This document shows, piece by piece, positions 1-12,337 of a stretch of DNA of 64,000 nt. The notes below the pieces were generated by a model that did no database searches, had not been told where the DNA came from, and was given only the letters and a program-made list of their open reading frames with translations. How positions within the stretch are numbered: the first letter of the stretch is position 1; every line of letters begins with the position of its first letter. Made by a program: the position numbers and the translations under genes. Source of the stretch: the human T2T-CHM13v2.0 reference genome, Homo sapiens; assembly GCF_009914755.1 (NCBI RefSeq), contig NC_060926.1, one strand, 5' to 3'.

Positions 1-610
1 GGAACCAGTGCAGCCTTTTCAGATTTAGGATCATGTTCAAGCTTATGAATCAGATTTTTCTATGTGTGGACATGACAACTATGGAAAAACTGTAATTTAG
101 GACATATTCTCTTTATCCTTTTATGTAGAATTTCACTTTAATGTGATGCAAATGACAGTAAGAAATACATTCAATGAATGTTAAAGCCTTCCCATTAAAA
201 ATTCTGTATGCATTTTACATTCTAATTCATGTACAGTCAAAAACCCTGATAAAATCACAGTGCTGATTTGACTGCTGCACTTATCGTATTAATGAGGATA
301 CTTTATGCCTTTTGAAAATTGGGATATGGTCCATTATGTGATTGTAAATGATGTGATTGTATCACATAAATTTGTTATTCAATCCCACCCCTCCCTTCAG
401 TCAGCTTTGTATATAAGAAGATTCACTGGTGAGCCAGAATTGAGGCTGGAAAACTGAACTGCAAATGAGACTTTTCTTCTTTTGTCTTTATTTCTGTTTA
501 TAGAAAGGAATATAATAAACATGCATACGTGTGTATGTGGGCATATATATATATGTATATATGTATTTTTTCTTACCTTTTTTTTTTTTTTAATTTCCCT
601 AAAACCACAG

Positions 611-673
611 GGAAAAGCTGACCGAGGAAGTCAAAATGAAAGAAAGAAGCAGACAGGACTGAGGCTCCCTGAG
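611..673 (+). other. Candidate spliced exon (63 nt), host gene unidentified
   Basis: Long T tract followed by 'aatttccctaaaaccacag' acceptor ending at 610; purine/GAA-rich body; donor GAG|gtacgt at 674. Confidence 0.45.
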
Positions 674-1130
674 GTACGTAGCACTTTCTTCCACAGCCAC
701 GGAAATACGCCTTTTACTTTTTCCTGATTTAGGATTGTCTAACACTTGGAAGCCTTCCCTTCTCCCTCCTACAATAAGTGAAAGGTCTGAGAACTGTTGT
801 TGGCCAAGGTTTCCTGATTTTTGGTTGCATTTGCATTCCTAAAATACCTACTTTTCTCTTTATTTATTTTTCTGTCTTGCCTACCTAGAGACACAAACAC
901 CCTCCCTGACATCAAGATTTCCAAACTCCCCACATAACAAATTACAGCACTGATCACAGAAGCATCTTCAGAACTCTCAGATTAAAGCAAAGGAGGGGAC
1001 CACTGGCTGTTGGCTGAGTAGTTCTTACGGCCTCGAAGGGTTACACATTTAATTGCCTCTTTAATGACGGTCCCAAGTCTTATGATTATTGGAGAGAAGC
1101 TCATGCACCAAAGGTGCTTTCTGGTCCTAA

Positions 1131-1550
<420 letters not shown>

Positions 1551-2056
1551 TCCTTTTTCTCTTTATTCCTTAAAAAAATGATCTTTTGTTGCCTGGAACC
1601 TGGAGTAAGTGATATTGCCCTTCACGGTAGAGCAAGCTGTGGTGTGAAGTTCATAGAGTTTGAAATACAAATGCCCAAGTTCTTGCCACTCATCTGGCAT
1701 CTCATATTTCTGACTCTCATTCTTGTTCACCTTGGTACCTGACCTTTAGGCCTTATGAAGCTCTGAGTTTTCTCAGAGCTCAGATGCTGTGGATGAAAAA
1801 CAAAAATTAAAGTTTGGTCTCCGATGTGTTCTAATATCAAAAATACAGTACCATGTTTCCCTTACTCTCTTCCAGGAGAGATGTCAGAGGGAATGATTTC
1901 CACATTATAGTAAATTTGATGGCACGTCATTTATAATTTTACAAATATTTACAATTATTGTAAATTTTATTTTTTAAATAGCACATGGGAAAAGGTAAGT
2001 TTTTTGACTAAGATATACCAAAAGCTTACAGGGGGTCTTTCCTGATGGGAGGTAGG

Positions 2057-2368
2057 TTTTTTCTTTTTTTTTCTTTTTTTTTTGTTTTTTGAGATGGAGT
2101 CTCGCTCTGTCACCAGGCTGGAGTTCAGTGGTGTGATCTTGGCTCACTGCAACATCCGCCTCCCGGGTTCAATGATTCTCCTGCCTCAGCCTCCCAAGTA
2201 GTTGGGACTACAGGCACGCACCACCACGCCCAGCTAATTTTTGTATTTTTGGTAGAGATGGGGTTTCACCATGTTGGCCCGAATGGTCTCCATCACTTGA
2301 CATCATGATCCGCCCGTCTCAGCCTCCCAAAGTGCTGGGATTATAGGCGTGAGCCACTGCGCCTGGCC
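2057..2368 (-). mobile_element. AluS (Sc-like) SINE, full length
   Basis: Poly-T then gagatggagtctcgctctgtc...gagccactgcgcctggcc; left-arm 'atggtctccatc...tgatccgccc' pattern. Confidence 0.95.
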
Positions 2369-3572
2369 TTTTTTTTTTTTTTTTAACCTTATTTTAGATT
2401 CAAGGCCAATAAGAACTTTATACAATCTTCTGGACAAAGCTTGCTACATCCTAATCTCTGCAAATCCACTCTGTTCTATTCACCGCTCTCCTTATTAATC
2501 AGTTCTACAAAGCTGTACCCTTCTCAGTACTGTTACACACACTGCATTTTTATGTTTCTGTTTCAGAGTGGCCTTTTCTATATTTTTGCTTTGCCTTGCA
2601 TTCAATTACCCATAGCTTGTCCTGTAGAATAGGATACTATCACTGCCTACATTTAGGCCACAGCACATTATGTCATCTGGAGTCATATATTTTACTTCTG
2701 CCTCTTTTAGGAGGAAACTCATTTGAGAAATCTTGGCTCTGCCTTTGGGGAGGAATCATTTACCTTCTTTCATCTGGGCTGAAATTTGCCTCCTCATTTC
2801 TTTTGTTAATAAAAAAAAGAAAACTTATTTACATCTTCTCAGATCCTATTAGTTAGCTCAATTGCCTAATTGTTGCAGTTTTAAGAAAGACCTAGTCATT
2901 TTCTTACTTTCCATCCTTGTTGGTCTATTTCTTGGGTTACACAATTCTACATTCATGTCTGCCTACTTTCTTTGAGAACCTTTTTCTGTTTCACTTTGCT
3001 GTGCAGCATCATGTGCATGGTTCATTTCCTTGCCACACATAGGAAATATGGCTAAACCATCCCACTACAAAAGAGTAGAGAGAAAGATAGTGGGCCTGGC
3101 AATATCGCCCATCACCTTGACCTCTCTGTCTGAGGATAGGGGCAGGCTGGAATCTGTGTTTCTGTATGAATTTGGCCTGATTTTTCTTCCCTTTTTTCTT
3201 CTCTAATGTCTTAATAGTTCCTTAGAATGAATTTCCGTACCTAAAATGGATCTCCCCCTTTCTCTCTTGACAACGCTGAGTGAACCAGGGTGTGAGATAT
3301 TACCCATGCAGTCCACTCTCTGAGAGGTATCGCTGGATGAAGCCATGCTGCTCATCTGCCATTCTGTACCCAACTGTGGATAATAACGGAATTGATTTTA
3401 CCTGAGGAAAGACAAAGGAACCTCGGGCTGCTTTTTGCATTATTTTGTTCTCAGGTTATTCTGCTCTGAATGGTGAGATCTCTCACTAGAATATTGGGTC
3501 ACATTTAGCTTTCTTTATGGCAAATCCCCTGTGTGGGAACTTCTGGCAATGAGCTGTGAGGTGTTACTATTC

Positions 3573-3578
<6 letters not shown>

Positions 3579-3614
<36 letters not shown>
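3579..3614. repeat. (TG)18 microsatellite
   Basis: Perfect dinucleotide run. Confidence 0.95.
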
Positions 3615-3616
<2 letters not shown>

Positions 3617-3817
3617 GTCAAAGTATAACGAGTAAGTTTATGTTTTCAAGTCCTCTGAATGCTTTTTCTTTTTTAAATGTGTTTTTAAGAAAGCATATCT
3701 TAAGTTGGAGACTAAAACTTGGCTTTCAGATCCTCTGGATGGTGACTTTAAAGAAGTCTATTCTTGAATAAATTGTAATATGACCATAGATAAGCCAACC
3801 TACACATATTATAAGGG

Positions 3818-4055
3818 CAATAATGATAATAGCCATTATAAATTGAGTGCTTAGTACTTCTCATGCATGTTCTAATTGCCTCATGCTTATTAATTTACTA
3901 AATCCTTATAATAACTTCATTAGGCATACATTATTTTTATCTCTATTTTACAGATGCAGAAACTGAGGCACAGAGCAAGGGTAAGTAAATTGTTCAAGCC
4001 ATATAAGTGGTAAGTGGCAGGTGGCCTTGGCTCCTAAATCTAGACTCTTAAATGG
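3818..4055 (-). mobile_element. MIR SINE
   Basis: MIR core 'attttacagatgcagaaactgaggcacagag...gtaagtggcag'. Confidence 0.8.
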
Positions 4056-5585
4056 TGAACTTCTCTGCCTCATTGAGAGAAAAATCTACAATGTCTCGTA
4101 TAGTAACCATCATGTGAGCAAGATGTTTTACAAATATTTTAAGGAAATGTTGATAAAATAATGTGTAATTATAAGTGATTTTATTTCTGTCACTCTGTGG
4201 TTTTTTAAACTATATTATCCCTTTATGTTAAAACAACCCAAGTTATCTTGAGTTATGTGGAGAATTCAGGAAAGTTAACATATAATGGTTGTCATCTTAA
4301 AAAAATCTGGTGTATTTGCTATATGAACCCTTGAGTTATTACTTTTATTTTAAATCTCTCTGTATTTTCTGTTGACTCTTATTGATACTTTTATTTAGGT
4401 GAGAAGGCATATACACCCACTGAGGCTGTCTCTGGAAAGTGTTGAAAGAGGGTCAGGTAGAAGTCTCAGTTTTTGCCTGTGCTTAAAATGTGTAACTAAG
4501 AGAAATGTATTCCAGGGATGGCCTTCATAGTTAAGTGTTTACAAAGAAAGATATTAAATATATAAGGACCCATGGTCACCCTAACTTTCTGAGCATTGTT
4601 AACTTTGGGTCTGATTCTCTTAGCTCACTGCCTCAGAGTTGCCATGGATGTGCTTGGTAGTCCTGTGTACACACAATGAATGTATTGGATGTCTTGGAAT
4701 TTTGAAAGTTCAGGGAATATTGGATTTTATGTATTATATATTACCTATTACTTGCTGGAGTAGTTTGCTTCTGTTTCTTATAGAGTTAAGAATAGAATTA
4801 CTATTCTGGTAGTCTTGCACAAGTATGACCCTTTAGATTATGTGAATAAGCATCAAATTGGTGGCAAGGATTTACAAATTAGTACAAGTTAACATAAGTA
4901 TCATAAAGCTTTGTGGGACCCAAAAAGAGTTATTTATGTTCAGCTCTGGCTCTAACCAAGTCATCACCATTGGATCAATGCATCAGATCAAGAATAAGTA
5001 GAGCCCCAAAGTCACACCATCCTATCAAAATAATTATCTATAATTAATATAATTATTGATCATGTAGTAGAAGTCACTGCCTGATGATACAGGGCTTTTA
5101 GGATTTCATGGGAATGCTTCACAACCTAATTATGTTTCCCTGGGAGATTATAATATAATTCAATTAATTTTTCCCATGTGTTTCATCAATCATTATGTGG
5201 ATAGAAGGAATATCAGAATCTCATTTCTATGTCAATTCCTGCAGAATGTAGACAAGTCATTTCAGTAGAACAGAGCTGATTAGAAGATAGGGTTCCTCCC
5301 ACAGGAAAATTATACCCTATGCCACTTGTAATGCTGGTGCCACATTCTGTTGGTTTTGTAGTATGTGATGAGGATAGCTACAAAAATCTGTGATATCCCT
5401 GTTCCAGCTTATACACCAAAAAAACTGAGACCTGTATAAAATAATGTTCTTAGATATGTGAGGAGTTGTATTCCCCTCAGGACCTTGGTTTCTCTATCAA
5501 AGGAGTCAGGTGGTGGCTAAGTCTCCTTCTACTTGTAAAGCTCCATACTCTAGTTTTGTTTATGCTTTAGCTCTTTAGTGTTTAC

Positions 5586-5750
5586 ACTGGTTCGTCTCAA
5601 GGTTTAACATACTTATGAATTACTAGAATCTTGTTAAAATGTAGATTATGATGCAGTTGGTCTAGGGTGGGTTCTGGGCTCCTGGTTTTCTAACATCTCC
5701 CAGGTGATGCTGAAGCAGCTGCTCTGTGAACCACATTTTTACTAGCAAAG
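5586..5750 (-). mobile_element. MER5A1-like hAT-Charlie DNA transposon
   Basis: Reverse complement reads 'ttgctagtaaaaatgtggttc...cagcatcacctgggagatgttagaaa...cattttaacaagatt...ttgagacgaaccagtg', matching the MER5A1 layout. Confidence 0.8.
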
Positions 5751-6305
5751 ATCTAAATGATGTACAGAGGTAAGGGGGGAAAGACTAGTTCTTTGTCTTC
5801 CTGTGGTAATACATTCACCTGCTTCTGTCTCAGGGCTAGGATTCTTGACTTTCTTCTGCAGAACACTGAAACATGCCTCCTCTTTCCTGGCCCCACCAAG
5901 CAGAGTTTAGGCTTCAAGAAGACTGAATGCATCTGTACAGAGCACAATCCCTTCTCCAAGAAGGAAACCATGGGGCTTATCAAGAAAGGTCTGTACTTTT
6001 ACTGTCAGGCATCCTCAGCCCTGCTGAAATATGAAATAAATGAGGTGGAGTTTAATTTTAGGGTCTACAAATCTGTAATGTGTTCATCATTCCTGATGCC
6101 ATTTTACATGGCAGGCTGGTGTTGTCAGACATGTTTTGTGAGGAGAGCTGCATTTGAGTTCTGGTTTAATGAAGCCTTCGCATACACCCTCCCAGGTCCC
6201 TCCTCTAATCTCCACTTACCGGAGAAAGAGATGCCACTTGTATGAGGGGTTTTCACTATTGGAAATGCACATCTCTTTTGCTTTCCTAGGGGCAGGCTCT
6301 TTGGG

Positions 6306-6315
6306 GGGATTTTCC
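6306..6315 (+). promoter_or_regulatory. NF-kB consensus site
   Basis: GGGATTTTCC matches GGGRNWYYCC; motif only. Confidence 0.35.
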
Positions 6316-6339
6316 TAAGCTGGACTGCAGGCTGGCTTC

Positions 6340-6353
6340 CCAGCAGAGGGCGC
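6340..6353 (+). promoter_or_regulatory. CTCF core motif (forward orientation)
   Basis: CCAGCAGAGGGCGC fits CCASYAGRKGGCRS at every position, in non-repetitive DNA, with its CpG retained. Confidence 0.55.
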
Positions 6354-7773
6354 ACTGCCCCAGTGCCATGGCCCAGAGCAGTTTCCTCCTCTTTTGGGTG
6401 GACTTCCCTCCCCACTAGGCTGGTTAGGGCTGAGAAGGAATCCAGGAGAAATGAGCTTTCAGCAAAGGAGGACATGAAGATGAGATTAAGGGAGAAAATC
6501 AAATCTAATCATTTCAGATCTGAATCAGTGACTTTTAAAATGAAAGGTCTACTTGGCTACCGTTAATGACAGCTTTTCATAATTCTCAGCTATTGCAAAA
6601 CTAACTTTTCTTTCTTAAAGCTTCTCTGAACCCTACATTGTCCAGCATTTGTATCTTTCACTTTAATGAGCTCTAAATAAGAATTACATAAAGAATTTTA
6701 ATAATTCTCACTGGAAAGTTAATTAAGCAGCGAGAAGTCTTTGGAACTGTTACTCTTTCTGCCTTTTACAGACAAGTGCTTCCGTGGCTTCCAAGGAAAG
6801 AGGTCACATTTATATATATATATAAAATGATGTGTGGGTTAGTAACTTTTTCCAGTAACAAATGACCTCCTTAACGAGCTGAAATCGTGAAATAAAAATC
6901 CACCTTTTTGTGGCCCACTTTCCCTGAACTCTACTCTCCACTTTCCTCAAACTTCTTTGCACAGGAAATGAATCCCCTGTAACTTTGGGGGGGCTCGAAT
7001 ATGTTGATCTCAAGTTCTCCAAATTTTTTGTTTCTCTATAAATCATACGGGCATGACCCAGCCCAGTCATTCATTTCAAATTTCTTTTTTCCTTTCTTGC
7101 TTTTTTAAAAAACAGCTTCTGTTTTTTCTCATTTTTGATAGATCCTACCACAAACTTCAGCTAGAGTAAGTGCAGACGACCATAACACTATTCTCACATA
7201 GAGGGTATTTTATTAAGTCCAGCAGTTAAAAATGTACAAAGTTCCTTGTAATAATCCATTCATTCTGTTCTTGCCTGATTCTTGGAGTAAGCCTGCACAA
7301 TTATTCAAATCCCAGCTTTTAGCTACAGCATACACCTCGCCATGGGGCTATGCCTCTGTAATCTTGCTTTGGTCTTGCATGTCAAATGGAATTAACTCCC
7401 ATAAGAAATGTGTGCGAAGACAACCCAAAGTGTCTAATCCTGCTGTTGTCTTAAATTTCTGAAACTCTGAGCTGTCATCTTTTTCTATTGCTTTGTTGAA
7501 GTTCTCACTTATGCTTCAGTCCATCCAAAGCTGAAGTTTAGGAAAATTTGCATTTTTATATATTTTTTTCAGTTATGCTCTCCCTTGGCCTTTTCACATG
7601 TTCTCTTTGTAGGAGGATTTTTTTCTTCCTTCAGATTTCAAGACCATTTTATACACAGTGGAATTTCAACAAAAGGTGAATTCACTTTTTTTTTTTTTTG
7701 CCCCTGGGAGTATACAAGTTGATACACAGACACCACCAGTTGAAGATTCGCAAACCAAATCCAAACATATGTG

Positions 7774-7776
<3 letters not shown>

Positions 7777-7844
<68 letters not shown>
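7777..7844. repeat. Compound microsatellite (GT)22(GA)12
   Basis: Direct reading of two abutting perfect runs. Confidence 0.95.
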
Positions 7845-10594
7845 ATGTGTCTCTGAATGTTGAATGAGAAAGGGGAGAGAAGAAATAATGATATCATTAT
7901 TACCATACCTTAACCACTCAACCTAGCTAATCAGAAAAACTAATTCTGTCTCAATCGAATCTCAAACTGCATCATCTCCCTCATGAGTAAAATGCTTGGT
8001 GAAATGAGCTTGGTTAGGTTAGTCTACTTGCATGTTGTATTAAGAGTAGATTAGTTTGATGAGTAATTTTGTACTTTCTTCCTTCTCTAGGGGGCATACT
8101 ATTTAAAGATCTTGAATGCTGGGACAGTCCTCTTCTTCTTCACCAGATCCTGTATTCCACTTAATCACCTTCCTAGACATGAGGAATCTAGACGAAGACT
8201 TAGTATCCAGAATGCAATGCAAGCACTTAAATATATGTTGAATTCCTATGAATAAGGACAGTGCGTTAGCTAGAGCATACACTTCATCTCTTTCTTTCTG
8301 GGTGACCTATCTTGTTGCCTCAGTTTACAAATTGTATCATTCCATCTAGAAATGAAATCTGGCCAGGTTTTAGTGAACTCCCCTCACAGCCTGTGTGTTC
8401 AGTCCGATCTTCACACATGGTACATATTTTTAAATCACCAGTTATTCAGCATTGAGGGTTCCTTGAGGTGTCTCAACTAAGTGAGGTGTGGAAGGGCAAA
8501 ATTGTAACTTGGTGTGGTGGATGTTTAATAAGTGGTAAACCGCAGCATTCTCCATTTGAAAGCTAATTAAGGCCACTAGCTGACCGTGCTTGTGCAGAAA
8601 ACATATTCATGGTTTAGCCATGGAAACAGTCATAACAGCGCTCAGCTAAAAATAATGGGCTTAAGAGACATTTTCACTGATCACTCCTCAATGCTTATTT
8701 ATTTATTTATTTTAAATATAAGAGTTGTCACATTTTTTAGGAAATACTCAGCAGCACTAGCTCATTTTGAGACTTCAAAGTTTTACTTGTGCCACCATAG
8801 ATACTAATATGAGGAGGGATGTTAGGGCACAACCGTGAGACCAAATTATATTTTTTAATGCTATATGCAGGAAGGTCTCAAAATATAATCATCCTTTTTG
8901 CTCTCTTGACTCTCTTTCCTTTTTAATACTGGCCTTTAATATATTAGTGATGTGATGACTTTTTGTCACAAGAGAAGTTAGCCCTCTAGCACCTATTAAC
9001 TTATTTTATCTAAATTGAGTTGGTGTTTGTTGAAGAGACCTCCTTTACTGACAGATGATATAATATGAATTACGTTTCTGTGTGCTCATTGTTTCTTCAC
9101 AATAAGAGTACTGTAATACAACAATATATTTTATTGTACAATATATTACTTTGGCTAATAGGATTGAAAAAACATCAAATGTAAATATTTTTTCAGCATC
9201 TGTATGGTGAAGTTAGATTGTCTTATCAAATATCTTAATGCTCTTCTAGGATCCAGCAATATTTAGTGTCACTGAAATAGGGGATAGCAGAGTATCAGGC
9301 AGATGTGATGAAAGCATAACCAAGGTAAAGGGATCTCAAGGAGGCTGAAATGATCTGAGGGCATTGTTAGGCTGGTTGATTGCAAGTTGTTTTTAACTGA
9401 ACAATAAGAATTATGTTTGAAATCACTTTTGGGAGTGGACACACAGTAATCTTGGTCCATGCTCATTTCAATTAATTTTAAATTAATTTCATTTAATTTG
9501 TCTTGCTGACATTGAATCGTATCGAGACCACGTATTGCAAGAATTTACTTCCTACTCTCCCATTCATCCACACAGCAATGGGTCTCTAAGCATATCTCTG
9601 GGATAACTTTGAGCTCAAATGACACTTCAACGTTAGCAGGATTTGGTAGAGAAAACAAATTGGTGCAATGAGACATGTATTTTCCACACCTTCCAAGAGC
9701 TAAACCTTATATCCTGCATATGCCATCATTTAACCAAATAGAGATAGAAACATGGTCCAAGAGCCATAGGACTTCAGATCTAGATTTAGAACATTTTCCT
9801 GCTTAACCTGGCCATATCTGCAGCAGAATATGTTAAACAGAACTGACCTAGAACTGTCATCCCTACAAATTCTCACTTATGGCTCTTTTTAGCTTAAGAC
9901 TAGATGACAAACATTGATCTCTGCCAGTATCGGTTGAGTTTCTCAGGCTCCATTTTTCTCACTGGCTACTTTAAATGAATACCATTTTTGCTGGTTTGTT
10001 CCTCTTCCTTCCCACTCTCCTTTCATTTTCGTTATTTGTTCTAATTTAATTTGAAATGCCCAGCATCTGACTGTAATCAGGTAAGGGGACTCAGGAGACT
10101 TCCAGCAAGAGCAGGTCTTCTGAAAAGGGTCTTTTGGACACAACAGAATGAGCCTTTATTTATTATCTCAGGGATAACAAAATGGGGAGTGAGCAAGACT
10201 GTGCGGCAGCTGTCCTTTCAAGCAGCAGCTAACTTCGTGGAACACTCCCGTCCCCAGGGTGTGAACAGACCGCCCCTTGGCTCAAAGTCATCCCGCTGTC
10301 CCTGGCTGCTGGTTCTCTAGGCCAACACAAACAAGCATAACAAAACATGCAGGGAAAGTGTCAACAGAAACCCGTTTTCTAGGAACCTGGCTTTTGGAAA
10401 TGAACTGGATTTGCAGTCCATACAAAGGCTTGGCAAGGTTTCATTGGCCATGGCCACACACCTCACACTGTGACTTCTATCCATCAGGTGGGACATTTCG
10501 CTTATTAGGCACATGTGCTCTGTTTCCTCTGAGATCCTCCAGAGAAAGGCCTTGGTTTCCCCATGTACCAAATGAAGATTACTGGGGAGGAACA

Positions 10595-10890
10595 AACACT
10601 GGAATTTGCAAAGGATCTCCTGGGTTTAAATTCTTGTTTTATAACCTGAGAAAATCACTCTCTCTAACCCTCAGTTTCTTCATTAATAAACTGGGGATAA
10701 CAATATTTTCCTTTATAATCATGGTGATCAAATAAAAGAGAGAGACGTGTTATCATTGAGAAAAATATCACAATATTTAGACCAAGGTTAAGTTTGGTGT
10801 GGAGAGCCAATGAAACCACAGATGTGAAAATGCTTGAGAAATGGAAAAGTACTATAGACATGAAATATATGGTCATGATTATTGTTATTA
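10595..10890 (+). mobile_element. MIR/MIR3 relic
   Basis: 'cctcagtttcttcattaataaactggggataac' core and 'gatgtgaaaatgctt...tattgttatta' 3' end. Confidence 0.55.
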
Positions 10891-11702
10891 TCTTCAAGGA
10901 ATTTAGTCATTTTCTCCATAACAGAAAAAACATGGTGATCCTATCCCCACATTTATGCCTGGATCTATCACATCTAGAGGGTCTTCTGCTGCTTTGCACA
11001 GGGAGACAGCCCAGGCACATCTGTCCCTTCATTTCACAGAAGTGTAGCAGATAGCTCAGTTACAGACCAGGTAAGACGGCATTGTCCAGAGACTTTCATG
11101 CTGCAGAACTTACAGATATGCAATGATCTTGGGTATTTAATGTTCATGTGTTGTGAGTTCCCAGGGAGGGTTGAGAAAAGGTAAAAAATTCATGCTAGTC
11201 CATGGTTCAGTTCCTGCAAGAGGAAAGCATGATGAAATGGGATACTGAGAGCTCTGACCTATCAGTCCATATCCAGTGTCCAGCTGTATGATTTCTTTCA
11301 GGATGTGGAGACATTGGCTTTTCTATAGTTAGTTGCCGAATTATTTTTTGGTCAATGCAGATGCTTTATCCTGTCACATACATCTGCCTAAGAATGTGTG
11401 TGTATGAAAAGGAGACAACGAGACTCTTTAGGAAGTAGGAAACAGAGGTAATTCAGAGAAAGAAAATCATGAAAAGAAATGATAAAACCTATGGCTCAGG
11501 CATGTTCGTCTCTTTATTTCTAGCACTTAAGCGGGGACCTGATTCTTTATGGAATGTTGCACGATTGAAAATAACTGGAAGACTGTGACTGTGTTGTCTG
11601 TTTTTAAAGTAACACTCCACTCCCTTGAACCTATACAGAAACTATCGCAGTACCTTATACAGGTTGAACACACAACGCTTTGTGGTACCAGAAGGAACTT
11701 AC

Positions 11703-11860
11703 AGCTGGGCGTGGTGGTGTGCCTGTAGTCCCAGCTCCTCAGGAGGCTGAGAAGGGAGGATGGCTTGAGCCCAGGACTTAGAGGCTGCCGTGAGCTATGA
11801 TTGCACTGCTGCACTCCAGCCTGGGTGTCAGAGTAGGACCCAGTCTCTAAACAAAACAAA
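11703..11860 (+). mobile_element. Free right Alu monomer (FRAM-like, or 5'-truncated AluJ)
   Basis: Single monomer 'gctgggcgtggtggtgtgcctgtagtcccagc...gagctatgattgcac...gtctct' plus A tail; TSD aaggaactt on both sides. Confidence 0.85.
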
Positions 11861-12184
11861 AGGAACTTGCCAGAATATGTGACACCCACCCTTAAAGTAA
11901 AATGAAAGGCCCTGGAAGTGTTGACAACATCTAGATGATGGGCAGAATATAACGAGGCATGCTTCTGGCAGCCTGTGGAGTAACCAGCACAGCGAGCCTC
12001 TTTTCAATGCAAGAGAAGGAATGTCAGGGACCTAAGCTAAGGCCCAGAAGTCAATTGACTTGCCTGGCATCCGGGAACATTTTCCAATTGCTTTCATAAC
12101 ACACGTCCACAAGCATCTGTATGTATAAGGGTCAGTTGAGGGGGTGTGCCAGAGAATGGGGAGGCAGAAAGTAGGAGTTACATA

Positions 12185-12337
12185 AGCTCTGTGAGCCTCT
12201 GTGTCCTCATCTGTCAAATGGGCTAGAGCTTCATGAATCCCACAGCTGTGAGGAATGAGTGGGATAATGTAGATTAAACCTCATCCCAGTGTCTGGCTCA
12301 GAGGAAGCACTCAACTAAAAGGTAGCAATTTTTATTA
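12185..12337 (+). mobile_element. MIR SINE fragment
   Basis: 'gagcctctgtgtcctcatctgtcaaatggg...cagtgtctggctcagaggaagcactcaa'. Confidence 0.7.

Noticed and set aside
5363-5430. C/D-box snoRNA-like GTGATGA...CTGA pair (similar pair at ~9304-9358)
   Set aside because: No terminal stem or recognisable rRNA/snRNA guide; such pairs are expected by chance in 64 kb.
5757-6566. Longest non-repeat ORFs (162 aa on plus, 125 aa on minus)
   Set aside because: No recognisable domain, no clear splice context, and composition typical of random non-coding sequence.
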